The notes under the pieces were generated by a model, which ran no database searches, had not been told where the DNA came from, and saw only the letters and a program-made list of their open reading frames with translations. Both the position numbers and the translations under genes were made by a program. A stretch of DNA of 64,000 nt from an uncultured Lachnospiraceae bacterium (GTDB lineage Bacteria; Bacillota; Clostridia; Lachnospirales; Lachnospiraceae), in assembly GCA_964386955.1 (NCBI GenBank), contig CAYLUV010000001.1, positions 13,054 through 77,053 on the forward strand. The letters are read 5' to 3'. Position 1 is the first letter of the stretch. Every line of letters starts with the position of its first letter. Positions 28,215 to 37,178 of this stretch are shown here, one piece after another.

Positions 28215-29249
28215 TTACATTGTAAATTTATCCCAAGGAATGTCCACTTCTTTGCCCTCGTTGATGATTTCATCCACGTGCATTAAAAGTGGATAGTCTT
28301 CCAGGGAAACGACACCTTTAGCTGCCAGCTTTCTTACGGCGCGGGCCGTGCGGGTGGCGATGACGATGGATTCCAAAGTTACACCGGAAAGCTCTTCCAT
28401 TGCTTCTTGGAAAGTAAGGCCACGGCCAAGAAGGGTACCGATTTTTCTAGTTCTTCCACCAAAGACAGTAACATATAAGTCGCCGGCACCGTAGATGATA
28501 TTTTCAGGACCGCCGTGGATCAGTTCCAAGAGGGCGGTCATTTCACGAACACTCTGACCAAATAAGGCTGCCTGGGAGTTGTAATGGATGGCGCCAATCT
28601 TGCCATCTCTTTTTTCTGCCAGACCAACGGCGAGGGTAACACCGAGAGCGTAGGCATTTTTCATGGCTACGGCACATTCTACCCCAACGATATCGGTGGA
28701 AAGGCTGACATGGTAGTAGTCACAGGCAAATGTATCCTTTAAAAACTGTAAGGTTTCCATATTTCTTCCGCAAAATGCCACGTGGGAGTGATCTCCATCT
28801 GCCAATTCATAGCTGGTGCATGGACCGCCGATGGCGTTGATATCCAGTTTTTTTCCTTCTGGAAGACGGTCTTCCAGTACAAAAGGATATGGAATTAATT
28901 CACCTTCTTCTGTGTCCACCATTCCCTTTGTAACGGAAATCAATGGAGCGGATTCTGGGAGAATGGGGAGCATTTCATCGGCAAACCAGTCCAGACCAAA
29001 GCTGCTGACACCGTTTAACACGACATCGCATCCTTCCAAGGCTTCCTGTACGTCTTCAATCTGATAATATTTGATGCCTTCCGGAAGCTGACGTTTCAAG
29101 GTGATGTGATAACCGCTTTTTTTCGCTTCCTCGATAATCTCACGGTCTAAAGGGGTTCCTACTAAACGAACTTCATGTCCATTTTTTCTAGTGGGAAAGG
29201 TCAGTGCAGATGCCATCTGTCCGGCACCGATAAAGGTTAAAATACTCAT
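28215..29249 (-). CDS. NAD(P)-dependent glycerol-3-phosphate dehydrogenase family protein (GpsA-like, divergent)
   Basis: N-terminal Rossmann motif (ILTFIGAGQMASAL), GpsA-like length (344 aa) and central/C-terminal blocks (TKGM...; NAYALGVTLAVGL; GDLYVTVFGGRTRKIG). It is more divergent than a housekeeping gpsA. Confidence 0.75.
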   Translation of the reverse strand: MSILTFIGAGQMASALTFPTRKNGHEVRLVGTPLDREIIEEAKKSGYHITLKRQLPEGIKYYQIEDVQEALEGCDVVLNGVSSFGLDWFADEMLPILPESAPLISVTKGMVDTEEGELIPYPFVLEDRLPEGKKLDINAIGGPCTSYELADGDHSHVAFCGRNMETLQFLKDTFACDYYHVSLSTDIVGVECAVAMKNAYALGVTLAVGLAEKRDGKIGAIHYNSQAALFGQSVREMTALLELIHGGPENIIYGAGDLYVTVFGGRTRKIGTLLGRGLTFQEAMEELSGVTLESIVIATRTARAVRKLAAKGVVSLEDYPLLMHVDEIINEGKEVDIPWDKFTM

Positions 29250-29327
29250 AGCAATCCTCCTATGCTAAACTTCCTACAATCTGTTTCTGCTGAAAGAATA
29301 ACAAAGATATTTTGAAAAGTCAACATA

Positions 29328-29347
29328 AAATGAAATATATTTCATTT
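29328..29347. promoter_or_regulatory. Perfect 20-bp palindrome in the divergent G3PDH-like / SorC intergenic region (candidate operator)
   Basis: AAATGAAATA|TATTTCATTT, exactly self-complementary. Confidence 0.5.
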
Positions 29348-29400
29348 CAATTTCAATAAATTGCGAAAAATAAGAAAAAGATAAAATTTCTTTCATTTTG

Positions 29401-29430
29401 TTGACAGTATTTCTTAGAGTGCGATATAGT
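29401..29430 (+). promoter_or_regulatory. Sigma-A-type promoter for the SorC-family regulator gene
   Basis: TTGACA 29401-29406, an 18-nt spacer, then TATAGT 29425-29430. Confidence 0.5.
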
Positions 29431-29461
29431 AGGAAAAAAAGAAGGATAGAAGGAGAAAAAC

Positions 29462-30406
29462 ATGAGTGACAGCAAAATGCTCCAAACCTTGCGGGTTGCA
29501 AAAAAGTATTATGAATTTGGCATGGATCGGAAAGACATCGCCAGAGAAGAGGGCATTTCCAATCCTACCATTTCAAGAATGCTGCAAAAGGCATTGGATC
29601 TAGGATATGTAAAGATAACGGTAGACTTTCCTATTCTCTGTCAGGAGGATTTGGCGAAGGAATTAAAACAAGCCTATGGATTGCAGGAGGTTTTTGTAAC
29701 ACCGGTGTTGGTGGAAGAGGAAAACAGCATTCTTATAGATACCTGTAAAGCTGCGGCAACAGGACTAGTGAAATATATTTCATCCAATCAAGTCATTGGC
29801 ACAGCTTGGGGCAATACCATGAAATGTCTGGCAGCCTTTATCCCAGCTTTGGAGGTGGAAGGGATAAAGATTGTGCAGTTAAATGGAAGATGTTCCAAGG
29901 CCGCTATGCCAGTGGGGGCAGATGCCATGATGGAAGCATTGGAAAAACAGGGAAATGGAGAAGGCTATATTATTCCCGCTCCTGTGGTTGTGGACGATGG
30001 GGCAATCGCAGATATGTTAAAAAAAGATTCCGGTGTCAGGGAAGTGCTTGACTTGGCAAAATCCTGTGATGTGGCGATCTTTAGTGTAGGAGAATTGACG
30101 GAGGACTCTGTGATGTACCGGGCGGGCTATCTGGATAAGGGCGTCTATGAAAATCTGCAAAAGCAAGGCGCTGTGGGAGACATTGCCTCCAACTATTTCG
30201 ATAAGACGGGACAGAGCGTGGATGAAATGCTGGCAAAACGGAGAGTCGGTGTCTCATTGGAAGAATTAAAAAAGATACCACAAAAGATTGCTGTGGTATC
30301 CGGTGAAAAAAAGGCGCAAGCCGTAAGTGGAGCTTTAAAGGGCGGTTATATTGATGTGCTCTATGTGGATGAAAAACTGGCACAAAAGCTACTTTCCTAC
30401 CTATAA
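29462..30406 (+). CDS. SorC/DeoR(CggR)-family sugar-phosphate-binding transcriptional regulator
   Basis: N-terminal HTH (LRVAKKYYEFGMDRKDIAREEGISNPTISRMLQKALDLGYVKI) and a C-terminal sugar-binding domain (IGTAWGNTM...VQLNG...VVSGEKKAQAVSGALKGGYIDVL). Confidence 0.85.
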   Translation: MSDSKMLQTLRVAKKYYEFGMDRKDIAREEGISNPTISRMLQKALDLGYVKITVDFPILCQEDLAKELKQAYGLQEVFVTPVLVEEENSILIDTCKAAATGLVKYISSNQVIGTAWGNTMKCLAAFIPALEVEGIKIVQLNGRCSKAAMPVGADAMMEALEKQGNGEGYIIPAPVVVDDGAIADMLKKDSGVREVLDLAKSCDVAIFSVGELTEDSVMYRAGYLDKGVYENLQKQGAVGDIASNYFDKTGQSVDEMLAKRRVGVSLEELKKIPQKIAVVSGEKKAQAVSGALKGGYIDVLYVDEKLAQKLLSYL

Positions 30407-31498
30407 AGTGTATACTCTTTTACAAGGTCCGGTGGAATTGCGAATGAGAAGCTGCGGCTGATATTCCAGACGCATCAGAGGTGCAGGAACCTCCTGATTT
30501 TCTAAAGTCAGATGTTTTCGCTGACTGATCAGCATATCCACTGCATCTTTTCCTTTGGTATCGATACAGTGATCGATGGTGGTAAGAGAGATGCCGCTGA
30601 ATTTGGAAGCTAGTGTATTGTCAAAGCCACAGACGGAATAATCCTCAGGGACGGAATAGCCGAGGGTAGTTAGGGCATCTAAAATGCCGATAGATACAAG
30701 GTCATTGGTTCCCACGAATGCGGTGGTTTCCTTTTTCAGTTTGGTTTGATTTGCCATCACAAGATGATATCCAGCATCGTAGTAGCGGTTACCCAGAAGC
30801 TGGTGGTTCCACTGATCCTCCGTGAGTGCATAGACTTCCACACTGTTGGTACCGAGTCCAGCCTCTAAAAAGGCTTCCTTCAATCCTTCCAGACGACGGA
30901 TTCTAGGAAATTCTGACTTGGAGAGAGGGGTTGTCATATAGGCAACCTGTCGATGCCCCAGCTCAATTAAGTGTCGCCCCATCAATTTACCAGATTTTTT
31001 GCTGTCAAATTCAATAAAACCAACGTGAAGCCCTGGATTGTAGTCATTGATCATCACAAAGGAATGTTTTTTGGAAAGACGGTTGATTAGGTCGATGGCC
31101 TTGGCGGGATAAGTATAGATTACACCGTAGAAGCCGCTTTCTGCTGCCAGATGCAGATAGTACTCCTCAATCTCTGCACTGCGGGAGGTGTGAGCAATGA
31201 GGGTATGAAGATTCTGCTTTTGGGCATATTCAGTGATTACCTGAATCAGGGTGGTGTAATATTGACTGGAAAGAGAAGGACACATAATGAGAATCGTATC
31301 TTTGGAACGGTTCTCTTTTTTTGTACGCTTTTTTTCATAGTGATAGTGAAGACGATCCGCTGTATTTTTTACCCGCTCCACAGTCTCTGGGGTGAACTTT
31401 ATATCTTTTCGACCGCTTAAAATCATGGAGACGGTGGACTGGGAAAGCCCCGCCTCTCTGGCAATGTCTCTTGTAGTTACTTTATTTTTCTTTGGCAT
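30401..31498 (-). CDS. LacI-family transcriptional regulator
   Basis: N-terminal HTH (VTTRDIAREAGLSQSTVSMILSG) plus a periplasmic-binding-protein-like core. The 3' end overlaps the convergent SorC gene by 6 nt. Confidence 0.9.
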   Translation of the reverse strand: MPKKNKVTTRDIAREAGLSQSTVSMILSGRKDIKFTPETVERVKNTADRLHYHYEKKRTKKENRSKDTILIMCPSLSSQYYTTLIQVITEYAQKQNLHTLIAHTSRSAEIEEYYLHLAAESGFYGVIYTYPAKAIDLINRLSKKHSFVMINDYNPGLHVGFIEFDSKKSGKLMGRHLIELGHRQVAYMTTPLSKSEFPRIRRLEGLKEAFLEAGLGTNSVEVYALTEDQWNHQLLGNRYYDAGYHLVMANQTKLKKETTAFVGTNDLVSIGILDALTTLGYSVPEDYSVCGFDNTLASKFSGISLTTIDHCIDTKGKDAVDMLISQRKHLTLENQEVPAPLMRLEYQPQLLIRNSTGPCKRVYTL

Positions 31499-31605
31499 AG
31501 AAGTTCCTCCTGATGATATATCGATTTCTATGTGATTTGGTTATGTTAAAAATTAAGGAAAAATTAAGAAAATAATTTTTCACGAAATTTTGGGTGGAAA
31601 ATTAT

Positions 31606-31620
31606 TTGATTACTAATCAA
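31606..31620. promoter_or_regulatory. Candidate operator: 15-bp perfect palindrome TTGATTAcTAATCAA
   Basis: Exact inverted half-sites TTGATTA/TAATCAA. It lies in the LacI / G1PDH divergent region. Confidence 0.5.
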
Positions 31621-31680
31621 AAACTGACATTTTTACAAAATCTGAACTAATCAAAATTTATGATTAATTATAACGCTAAG

Positions 31681-31695
31681 TTGATTATTAATCAA
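31681..31695. promoter_or_regulatory. Candidate operator: 15-bp perfect palindrome TTGATTAtTAATCAA
   Basis: A second copy, 75 bp centre-to-centre from the first and abutting the -35 at 31711. Extra half-sites are TAATCAA at 31648-31654 and TGATTA at 31661-31666. Confidence 0.5.
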
Positions 31696-31710
31696 TGTTT
31701 TTTGTGTATA

Positions 31711-31738
31711 TTGACAGTTTTACGGAAATGAATATAAT
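31711..31738 (+). promoter_or_regulatory. Near-consensus sigma-A promoter for the G1PDH-ribulokinase genes
   Basis: TTGACA 31711-31716, a 16-nt spacer, then TATAAT 31733-31738. Confidence 0.6.
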
Positions 31739-31793
31739 AAAGAAAAGACAATATACACAATAAAACGGAATGCATTACAAAAAGGAGCGACAT

Positions 31794-33152
31794 ATGAGTA
31801 ATACACTAGATTTAAACGAATACTTGGGAAAAGAAATTCATTGCAGCTGCGGACATACCCATTCCGCCAACGTAAAATTGATTGATATCAATCTTGGCGC
31901 TACGGAGCGTTTGCCGGAACATATCAAGAATTTTGGATATAAGAAAGTCTACATGGTGGCAGATAAGAATACCTGGAAGGCGGCTGGAGAAGCAGCGGCG
32001 GAGGCGCTGACAAAGGCAGGGGTTGCATTTTCTAAGATTATTCTGGACTACGATGAATTGATTCCAAATGAAGAGGTGATTGGTAAGATTCACGTGGCAT
32101 TTCCAAAGGATGCAGATCTTGTACTGGCAGTAGGTTCCGGCACCATCAATGACCTTTGTAAATTTGCCAGTTACCAGATGGGAGTGGATTATATTATTTT
32201 TGCAACAGCTCCATCTATGGACGGATTTGTATCTGTGGGGGCAGCGTTGATGTTGAATCACGTAAAGACAACCTTAGATGCCCATGGTCCGGTGGCGGTA
32301 ATTGGAGATACAGATATTTTGGCAGAGGCACCGATGAATATGATTACAGCAGGCTTGGGAGATACTCTTGGCAAATATACTTGTCTTCTGGATTGGAAAC
32401 TTGCCCGCATCATTAACAATGAGTATTACTGTGAAGAAGTGGTATCCATGGTAGAACAGGCATTAGAGACGGTGATGTCCCAGAAGGACAAAATCGGTGA
32501 CAGAGACCGAAATGCGGTAAAATCCGTAACGGAAGCTTTAGTCTTAACCGGTATGGCCATGAGCTTTGTGGGAAATTCCAGACCGGCTTCTGGATGTGAA
32601 CATCATTTATCCCATTACTGGGAGATGAAATTCATCATGGAGGGCAAGAAACCGATTCTTCATGGAACGAAGGTCGGAGTAGGCATGATTACTGCATTGA
32701 AGATGTATCACATGCTGGCAGAGGAAAATGTCGATTTTGAGGCAGCCAGCAAGAAAGAATATGACAAAGAGGCTTGGCTTACAAAGATTCGGGGCTGTTA
32801 TCAAGTGGCAGCGGACGGAATCATCCAGTTAGAGGAAGATACACAGAAAAATGACGTGGAAAAACGAAACAAACGTCTGGCAGTGGCGGAAGAAAAATGG
32901 GATTTGATTCAAAAGACCATCAAAGAGAGCCTGCCAAAGACAGAGGAGATGGAAGAATTGCTTCGTTCCCTCGGTGCACCAATCAATCCAGAAGAGATTG
33001 GCGTTTCCATGGAATTGACAAGGGATGGCGTGATGATTGCTAAGGAAGTAAGAGAGCGCTACACCTTGTTACAGCTTTTGTGGGATCTGGGACTGTCTGA
33101 AAAATATGCAGATAAAATGGTGGAATATTTTTCAGAGACACAAAAGAAATAA
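31794..33152 (+). CDS. sn-Glycerol-1-phosphate dehydrogenase-like protein (AraM/EgsA family, Fe-ADH/DHQS fold)
   Basis: Family motifs GSGTINDLCKFAS, GLGDTLGKY and CEHHLSHYWEM. ATG 31794 follows SD AAAGGAG. It sits directly upstream of ribulokinase, like araM in the B. subtilis ara operon. Confidence 0.75.
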   Translation: MSNTLDLNEYLGKEIHCSCGHTHSANVKLIDINLGATERLPEHIKNFGYKKVYMVADKNTWKAAGEAAAEALTKAGVAFSKIILDYDELIPNEEVIGKIHVAFPKDADLVLAVGSGTINDLCKFASYQMGVDYIIFATAPSMDGFVSVGAALMLNHVKTTLDAHGPVAVIGDTDILAEAPMNMITAGLGDTLGKYTCLLDWKLARIINNEYYCEEVVSMVEQALETVMSQKDKIGDRDRNAVKSVTEALVLTGMAMSFVGNSRPASGCEHHLSHYWEMKFIMEGKKPILHGTKVGVGMITALKMYHMLAEENVDFEAASKKEYDKEAWLTKIRGCYQVAADGIIQLEEDTQKNDVEKRNKRLAVAEEKWDLIQKTIKESLPKTEEMEELLRSLGAPINPEEIGVSMELTRDGVMIAKEVRERYTLLQLLWDLGLSEKYADKMVEYFSETQKK

Positions 33153-33282
33153 TCCATCAGGAACCTTCCTGTAAGGGAAGGAAAAAAGAACAAAAGGATC
33201 AGGGATTGCGCTGCATTTGCAATCCGAAAAATACAATAAGAATCTAAAAAAATGTTTTATATATAAAGAAAGGAAAAGAAAC

Positions 33283-34953
33283 ATGGCAAAATACGCAATT
33301 GGATTGGATTACGGAACATTATCTGTACGTGCATTGATGGTGGATATTCACACAGGAGAAGAGGTAGCAACTAGTGTTTTTGAATACCCACATGGAGTTA
33401 TGGAGACAAGAATTCCAAACGGAAAACAGCTTCCAAGTGGTTGGGCACTGCAGGATCCACAGGACTACATGGACGGTTTAGTGGAAACAGTAAGAGCAGT
33501 TATGGCACAGTCTAAGGCATTTCCTGAAGAAATCGTAGGTATCGGCGTAGACTTTACATCTTCTACCGTAATGCCAGTTGGTGCAGACAAAATGCCACTT
33601 TGCTTAACACCAGAGTTCAAAGACGAGCCACATGCCTATGTAAAACTGTGGAAACACCATGGCGGCGAAGAGGAAGCAGCTTTTATTGATAAAGTTGCCA
33701 TCGAAAGAGGAGAAAAATGGCATTCTCTTTACGGAAGTAAAGTATCCAGTGAATGGATGATGCCTAAAGTATTGGAAACTATCAGAAAAGCACCGGAAGT
33801 ATACGACAAATGTGACCGCTACATGGAAGCATTAGATTGGATTATCTGGGAACTGACAGGGGAAGAAAGCCGTTCTGCATGTGGAGCTGGTTATAAAGCC
33901 TTCTACCATCATGAAATGGGTTATCCATCTAAAGACTTCTTCAAAGCATTAGATCCAAAGATGGAAAACATTATCGAAGAAAAAATGAATGCACCAATTA
34001 AAGGGGTAGGCGAAAAAGCGGGTCATCTGACAGAATCCATGGCAAATGTGCTGGGACTTCTTCCAGGTACACCAGTGGGAACAGGTATTATCGATGCGCA
34101 CTCTTCCGTAGTAGGTGCTGGTATCTCCGGACCTGGTACAATGATGATTATTGTAGGAACCTCTTCTTGTCATATGCTTCTTTCTGAGACAGAAGCAGGT
34201 ATCCCTGGTGTTGCAGGTATCGTAAAAGACGGTATCATGCCTGGATACTTTGCATACGAAGCAGGACAGAGCTGTGTAGGAGATCATTTTGCATGGTTTA
34301 CAGACAACTGTGTGCCAGCAAGCTATGCGGCAGAAGCAAGAGAAAAAGGAATCAGCGTACATCAGTTATTAACGAACAAATTGGAAGGCTACAAAGCAGG
34401 ACAGAGTGGACTGGTTGCCCTTGACTGGTTTAACGGTGTTCGTTCTCCACTGATGGACTTTAACTTAAATGGTCTGATCATGGGTATGAACCTTCAGACA
34501 AAACCGGAAGAAATCTATCTTTCCCTCATCGAAGCAACTGCTTACGGTACAAGAATGATCATCGAAAACTTTGAAAATGCAGGTGTACATGTAGAAAACA
34601 TCGTTCTTTCCGGCGGTATCCCATTAAAGAACAAAATGTTAGTACAGGTTTACTCTGACATCTGTAATAGAGAGATCAAAATCTGCGGTAGCAGCAACGC
34701 CAGCGCCATGGGTGCAGCAATCCTCGGTGCAGCGGCAGCATCTGAGCAGGTAACTGGTTACAAGAATGCCAACGAAGTAGCAAAAGCCCTTGGAAGAATC
34801 AACGAAGAAGTATACAAACCAAACCAGGAAAATGTTGCAGTATACGACAAACTCTACGATGAATACAAGATTTTACTGGATTACTTTGGACGCGGTGCAA
34901 ATGACGTAATGAAACGTCTGAACCAGATCAGAGATGAGCAGAGAGCAAAATAA
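33283..34953 (+). CDS. araB: Ribulokinase (FGGY family)
   Basis: A 556-aa protein that aligns by eye to B. subtilis AraB (YAIGLDYGTLSVRALMV; GIGVDFTSSTVMPV; EPHAYVKLWKHHGGEEEA). ATG 33283 lies 22 codons inside the ORF-track start. Confidence 0.9.
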   Translation: MAKYAIGLDYGTLSVRALMVDIHTGEEVATSVFEYPHGVMETRIPNGKQLPSGWALQDPQDYMDGLVETVRAVMAQSKAFPEEIVGIGVDFTSSTVMPVGADKMPLCLTPEFKDEPHAYVKLWKHHGGEEEAAFIDKVAIERGEKWHSLYGSKVSSEWMMPKVLETIRKAPEVYDKCDRYMEALDWIIWELTGEESRSACGAGYKAFYHHEMGYPSKDFFKALDPKMENIIEEKMNAPIKGVGEKAGHLTESMANVLGLLPGTPVGTGIIDAHSSVVGAGISGPGTMMIIVGTSSCHMLLSETEAGIPGVAGIVKDGIMPGYFAYEAGQSCVGDHFAWFTDNCVPASYAAEAREKGISVHQLLTNKLEGYKAGQSGLVALDWFNGVRSPLMDFNLNGLIMGMNLQTKPEEIYLSLIEATAYGTRMIIENFENAGVHVENIVLSGGIPLKNKMLVQVYSDICNREIKICGSSNASAMGAAILGAAAASEQVTGYKNANEVAKALGRINEEVYKPNQENVAVYDKLYDEYKILLDYFGRGANDVMKRLNQIRDEQRAK

Positions 34954-35002
34954 TAGAAAAGCTATTCTATTGCACTAAAAAAGTAAAGAATACATAAAAC
35001 AA

Positions 35003-35060
35003 AACGCCCAAGTCAGCAGACAAGGAGAGGGATTCTCAAACTGCGATTTGGGCGTTTTTG
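35003..35060 (+). terminator. Probable terminator after araB
   Basis: AACGCCCAA (35003-35011) / TTGGGCGTT (35048-35056) enclosing a 36-nt loop, followed by a T run. Confidence 0.5.
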
Positions 35061-35227
35061 GATGGCTTTTCAGTAGTAAATTCAAACTTTCTGTGGTAGA
35101 CTTAAATAAAATCTTCTTTGCTAGAGGAAAACATCAATTTGCAGGAAAAGAATAAAGAATGATTGCTTCAGCTTGAGGAACTACAAAGGAAAATAAAGGA
35201 ATAGAAAGACAAAGCAGGACGTTTAAA

Positions 35228-36703
35228 ATGGATAAAAAGGCTAGTTTATTGGATATGCTCCGAAAAGAGGGATACGAGATACCATCTTACTGCGGTGGTA
35301 AGGGCTTATGCGGCAAATGTAAGGTTCGATTCCAGAAGGAAGCGCCTATGGCAACAGAGCAGGAGCGGATATTTTTTTCAAAAGAGGAAATAGATGCGGG
35401 CTGGCGCTTGGCCTGTGAACAGGAAGAAGTAGAGATTAGCAATCTGGAAATTCCCCGTGCTGCAGACCATTCTATGATAGAAAAAAAAGAATATTGTCAG
35501 GAAGCAGACAGCGACATATGTGATATTGTGGTGGATATTGGTACCACCACAATAGGAGCGGCTAAGGTAGATCGAAAGAGTAAAAAGGTATTAAAAACCA
35601 TCACTTCCATGAATCATCAGAGAAGTTTTGGTGCCGATGTGATTTCCAGAATTGATGCTGCAAACCGGGGAAAAGGAAAAGAATTGCAGCAGTCTATTCA
35701 GAGGGATTTAAAGAATCTATTTCAGGAGATGGAGGCATGTGTGGGAGGAAATGAGAAATCCGCCATCGTGATTTCTTGTAACACTACCATGGGACATCTT
35801 CTGCAGGGATTTTCCTGTAAGGGATTGGGGGTTGCACCCTATCAAACAGGAGATATTTCGTTGCATACCTATGAAAAAATGATTATGCTGCCGGGAATCA
35901 GTGCATTTGCCGGAGCCGACCTTGTGAGCGGCATTGTGGCTGTGGGCATGCATAAGAAGGATGAAATTAGCATTTTGGTGGACGTTGGTACCAACGGTGA
36001 GATGGCAATCGGAAATAAGAACCGGATTTTGGTAGCATCCGCGGCAGCAGGACCAGCCTTTGAGGGCGGCAATATTAGCTGTGGTGTGGCTGGCATTCCC
36101 GGGGCAATCAGCGGCGTGGAATTTTTTTCCAACCCGTTGGAAGCGAAAGAATTCTCCCGTTCAGAGGAAAATATCCAGATTCGATTGGAAACGATACAGG
36201 GAAAAAGTCCCGTGGGAATCTGTGGAACCGGTGTACTCGAGACCGTCTACGAGCTTCGAAAGAAGAAGCTGATGGACGAGACCGGTTTACTGAAAAAAGA
36301 ATATTTTTCCAATGGATTTCCCCTTACGAAAGACATTTTCTTTACCATTGGAGATGTTCGACAGGTACAGGCGGCAAAATCAGCTATCCGCACAGGAATA
36401 GAGCTTTTGATAAAAGAGTACGGTGTGGATTACGAAGAAATCCATACGCTCTACCTTGCAGGAAGTTTTGGAGAGCACATGAACATTCGAAAGACCGTGG
36501 GAATTGGGCTTTTGCCGCAGGAATTAGAGCAAAAGACAGTGTCCCTGGGGAATACATCTCTGCTAGGTGGGATTCTTTACCTTACCGAACCGGAGCGCAG
36601 ACAGGAATTTGTAGAAACAGCAAATAGAGCAGAGGAAATCTTATTGGCAGAGCATAAGGATTTTCAGGAACTGTATCTAAAATATATGTATTTTCCGGAA
36701 TAA
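35228..36703 (+). CDS. 2Fe-2S ferredoxin-domain + ASKHA (DUF4445) protein, RACo-like corrinoid reductive activase family
   Basis: N-terminal plant-type ferredoxin Cys motif (YCGGKGLCGKCKV...WRLAC). ASKHA motifs DIVVDIGTTTIG and VDVGTNGEMAIG...AAAGPAFEGGNISCG. Confidence 0.8.
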   Translation: MDKKASLLDMLRKEGYEIPSYCGGKGLCGKCKVRFQKEAPMATEQERIFFSKEEIDAGWRLACEQEEVEISNLEIPRAADHSMIEKKEYCQEADSDICDIVVDIGTTTIGAAKVDRKSKKVLKTITSMNHQRSFGADVISRIDAANRGKGKELQQSIQRDLKNLFQEMEACVGGNEKSAIVISCNTTMGHLLQGFSCKGLGVAPYQTGDISLHTYEKMIMLPGISAFAGADLVSGIVAVGMHKKDEISILVDVGTNGEMAIGNKNRILVASAAAGPAFEGGNISCGVAGIPGAISGVEFFSNPLEAKEFSRSEENIQIRLETIQGKSPVGICGTGVLETVYELRKKKLMDETGLLKKEYFSNGFPLTKDIFFTIGDVRQVQAAKSAIRTGIELLIKEYGVDYEEIHTLYLAGSFGEHMNIRKTVGIGLLPQELEQKTVSLGNTSLLGGILYLTEPERRQEFVETANRAEEILLAEHKDFQELYLKYMYFPE

Positions 36704-36746
36704 AATATGAAAATATATCAATAAGGAAAATAGGAACAGATAAAGT

Positions 36747-36788
36747 CAATGATTTTTGCGACAATGCAAAAAATCATTGGCTTTTTTT
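36747..36788 (+). terminator. Strong rho-independent terminator after the RACo-like gene
   Basis: Perfect 11-bp stem CAATGATTTTT (36747-36757) / AAAAATCATTG (36769-36779), followed by T7. A second weak hairpin with a long T tract lies at about 36793-36840. Confidence 0.8.
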
Positions 36789-36927
36789 AAATTGAACAGA
36801 TAATCCAAAAGTGTTCTGTTTTTTTGTCCTTTTTTTTTCTAGAATGAAATTGACATATCAATAGCAAATAATAGTTTGCGGGTAAGTATGTGAATAAAAC
36901 GTGATATGAAAAAAGGAGGATAAAGTT

Positions 36928-37167
36928 GTGACTAGAGAAGAAGTATTAGCAAAAATGATTGAATTTGCAGCAAGAGCATTTAACAAGGAGGCAGAAGGGA
37001 TTACTGAAGATACTAACATTGCAGAAGAATTAGGTGTGGCATCAACACAGAGAGTTGCTATGAGTGCATCTATTGAAAATGATTTTGATGTTATGATTCC
37101 GGTTGCACGATTTGGAAAATTTGAGACAATCGGTGATCTTGTTAATTTTGTAATGGATGAAATGTAG
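36928..37167 (+). CDS. Stand-alone acyl/peptidyl carrier protein (PP-binding)
   Basis: A 79-aa four-helix ACP pattern. EELGVASTQRVAMSASIENDFDVMIP aligns to the ACP (E/D)LGxDSLdtVElvmalEeeFd..IP motif, with Ser in GVAS at the phosphopantetheine position. GTG start follows SD AAAGGAGG. Confidence 0.8.
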   Translation: MTREEVLAKMIEFAARAFNKEAEGITEDTNIAEELGVASTQRVAMSASIENDFDVMIPVARFGKFETIGDLVNFVMDEM

Positions 37168-37178
37168 GGAGAAATAAT

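Noticed and set aside
36928-37167. The carrier protein as housekeeping acpP of fatty-acid synthesis.
   Set aside because: No fab genes are nearby. The attachment motif is GVAST rather than the conserved GADSLD. The gene has its own Sfp-type PPTase and sits in a low-GC accessory block.
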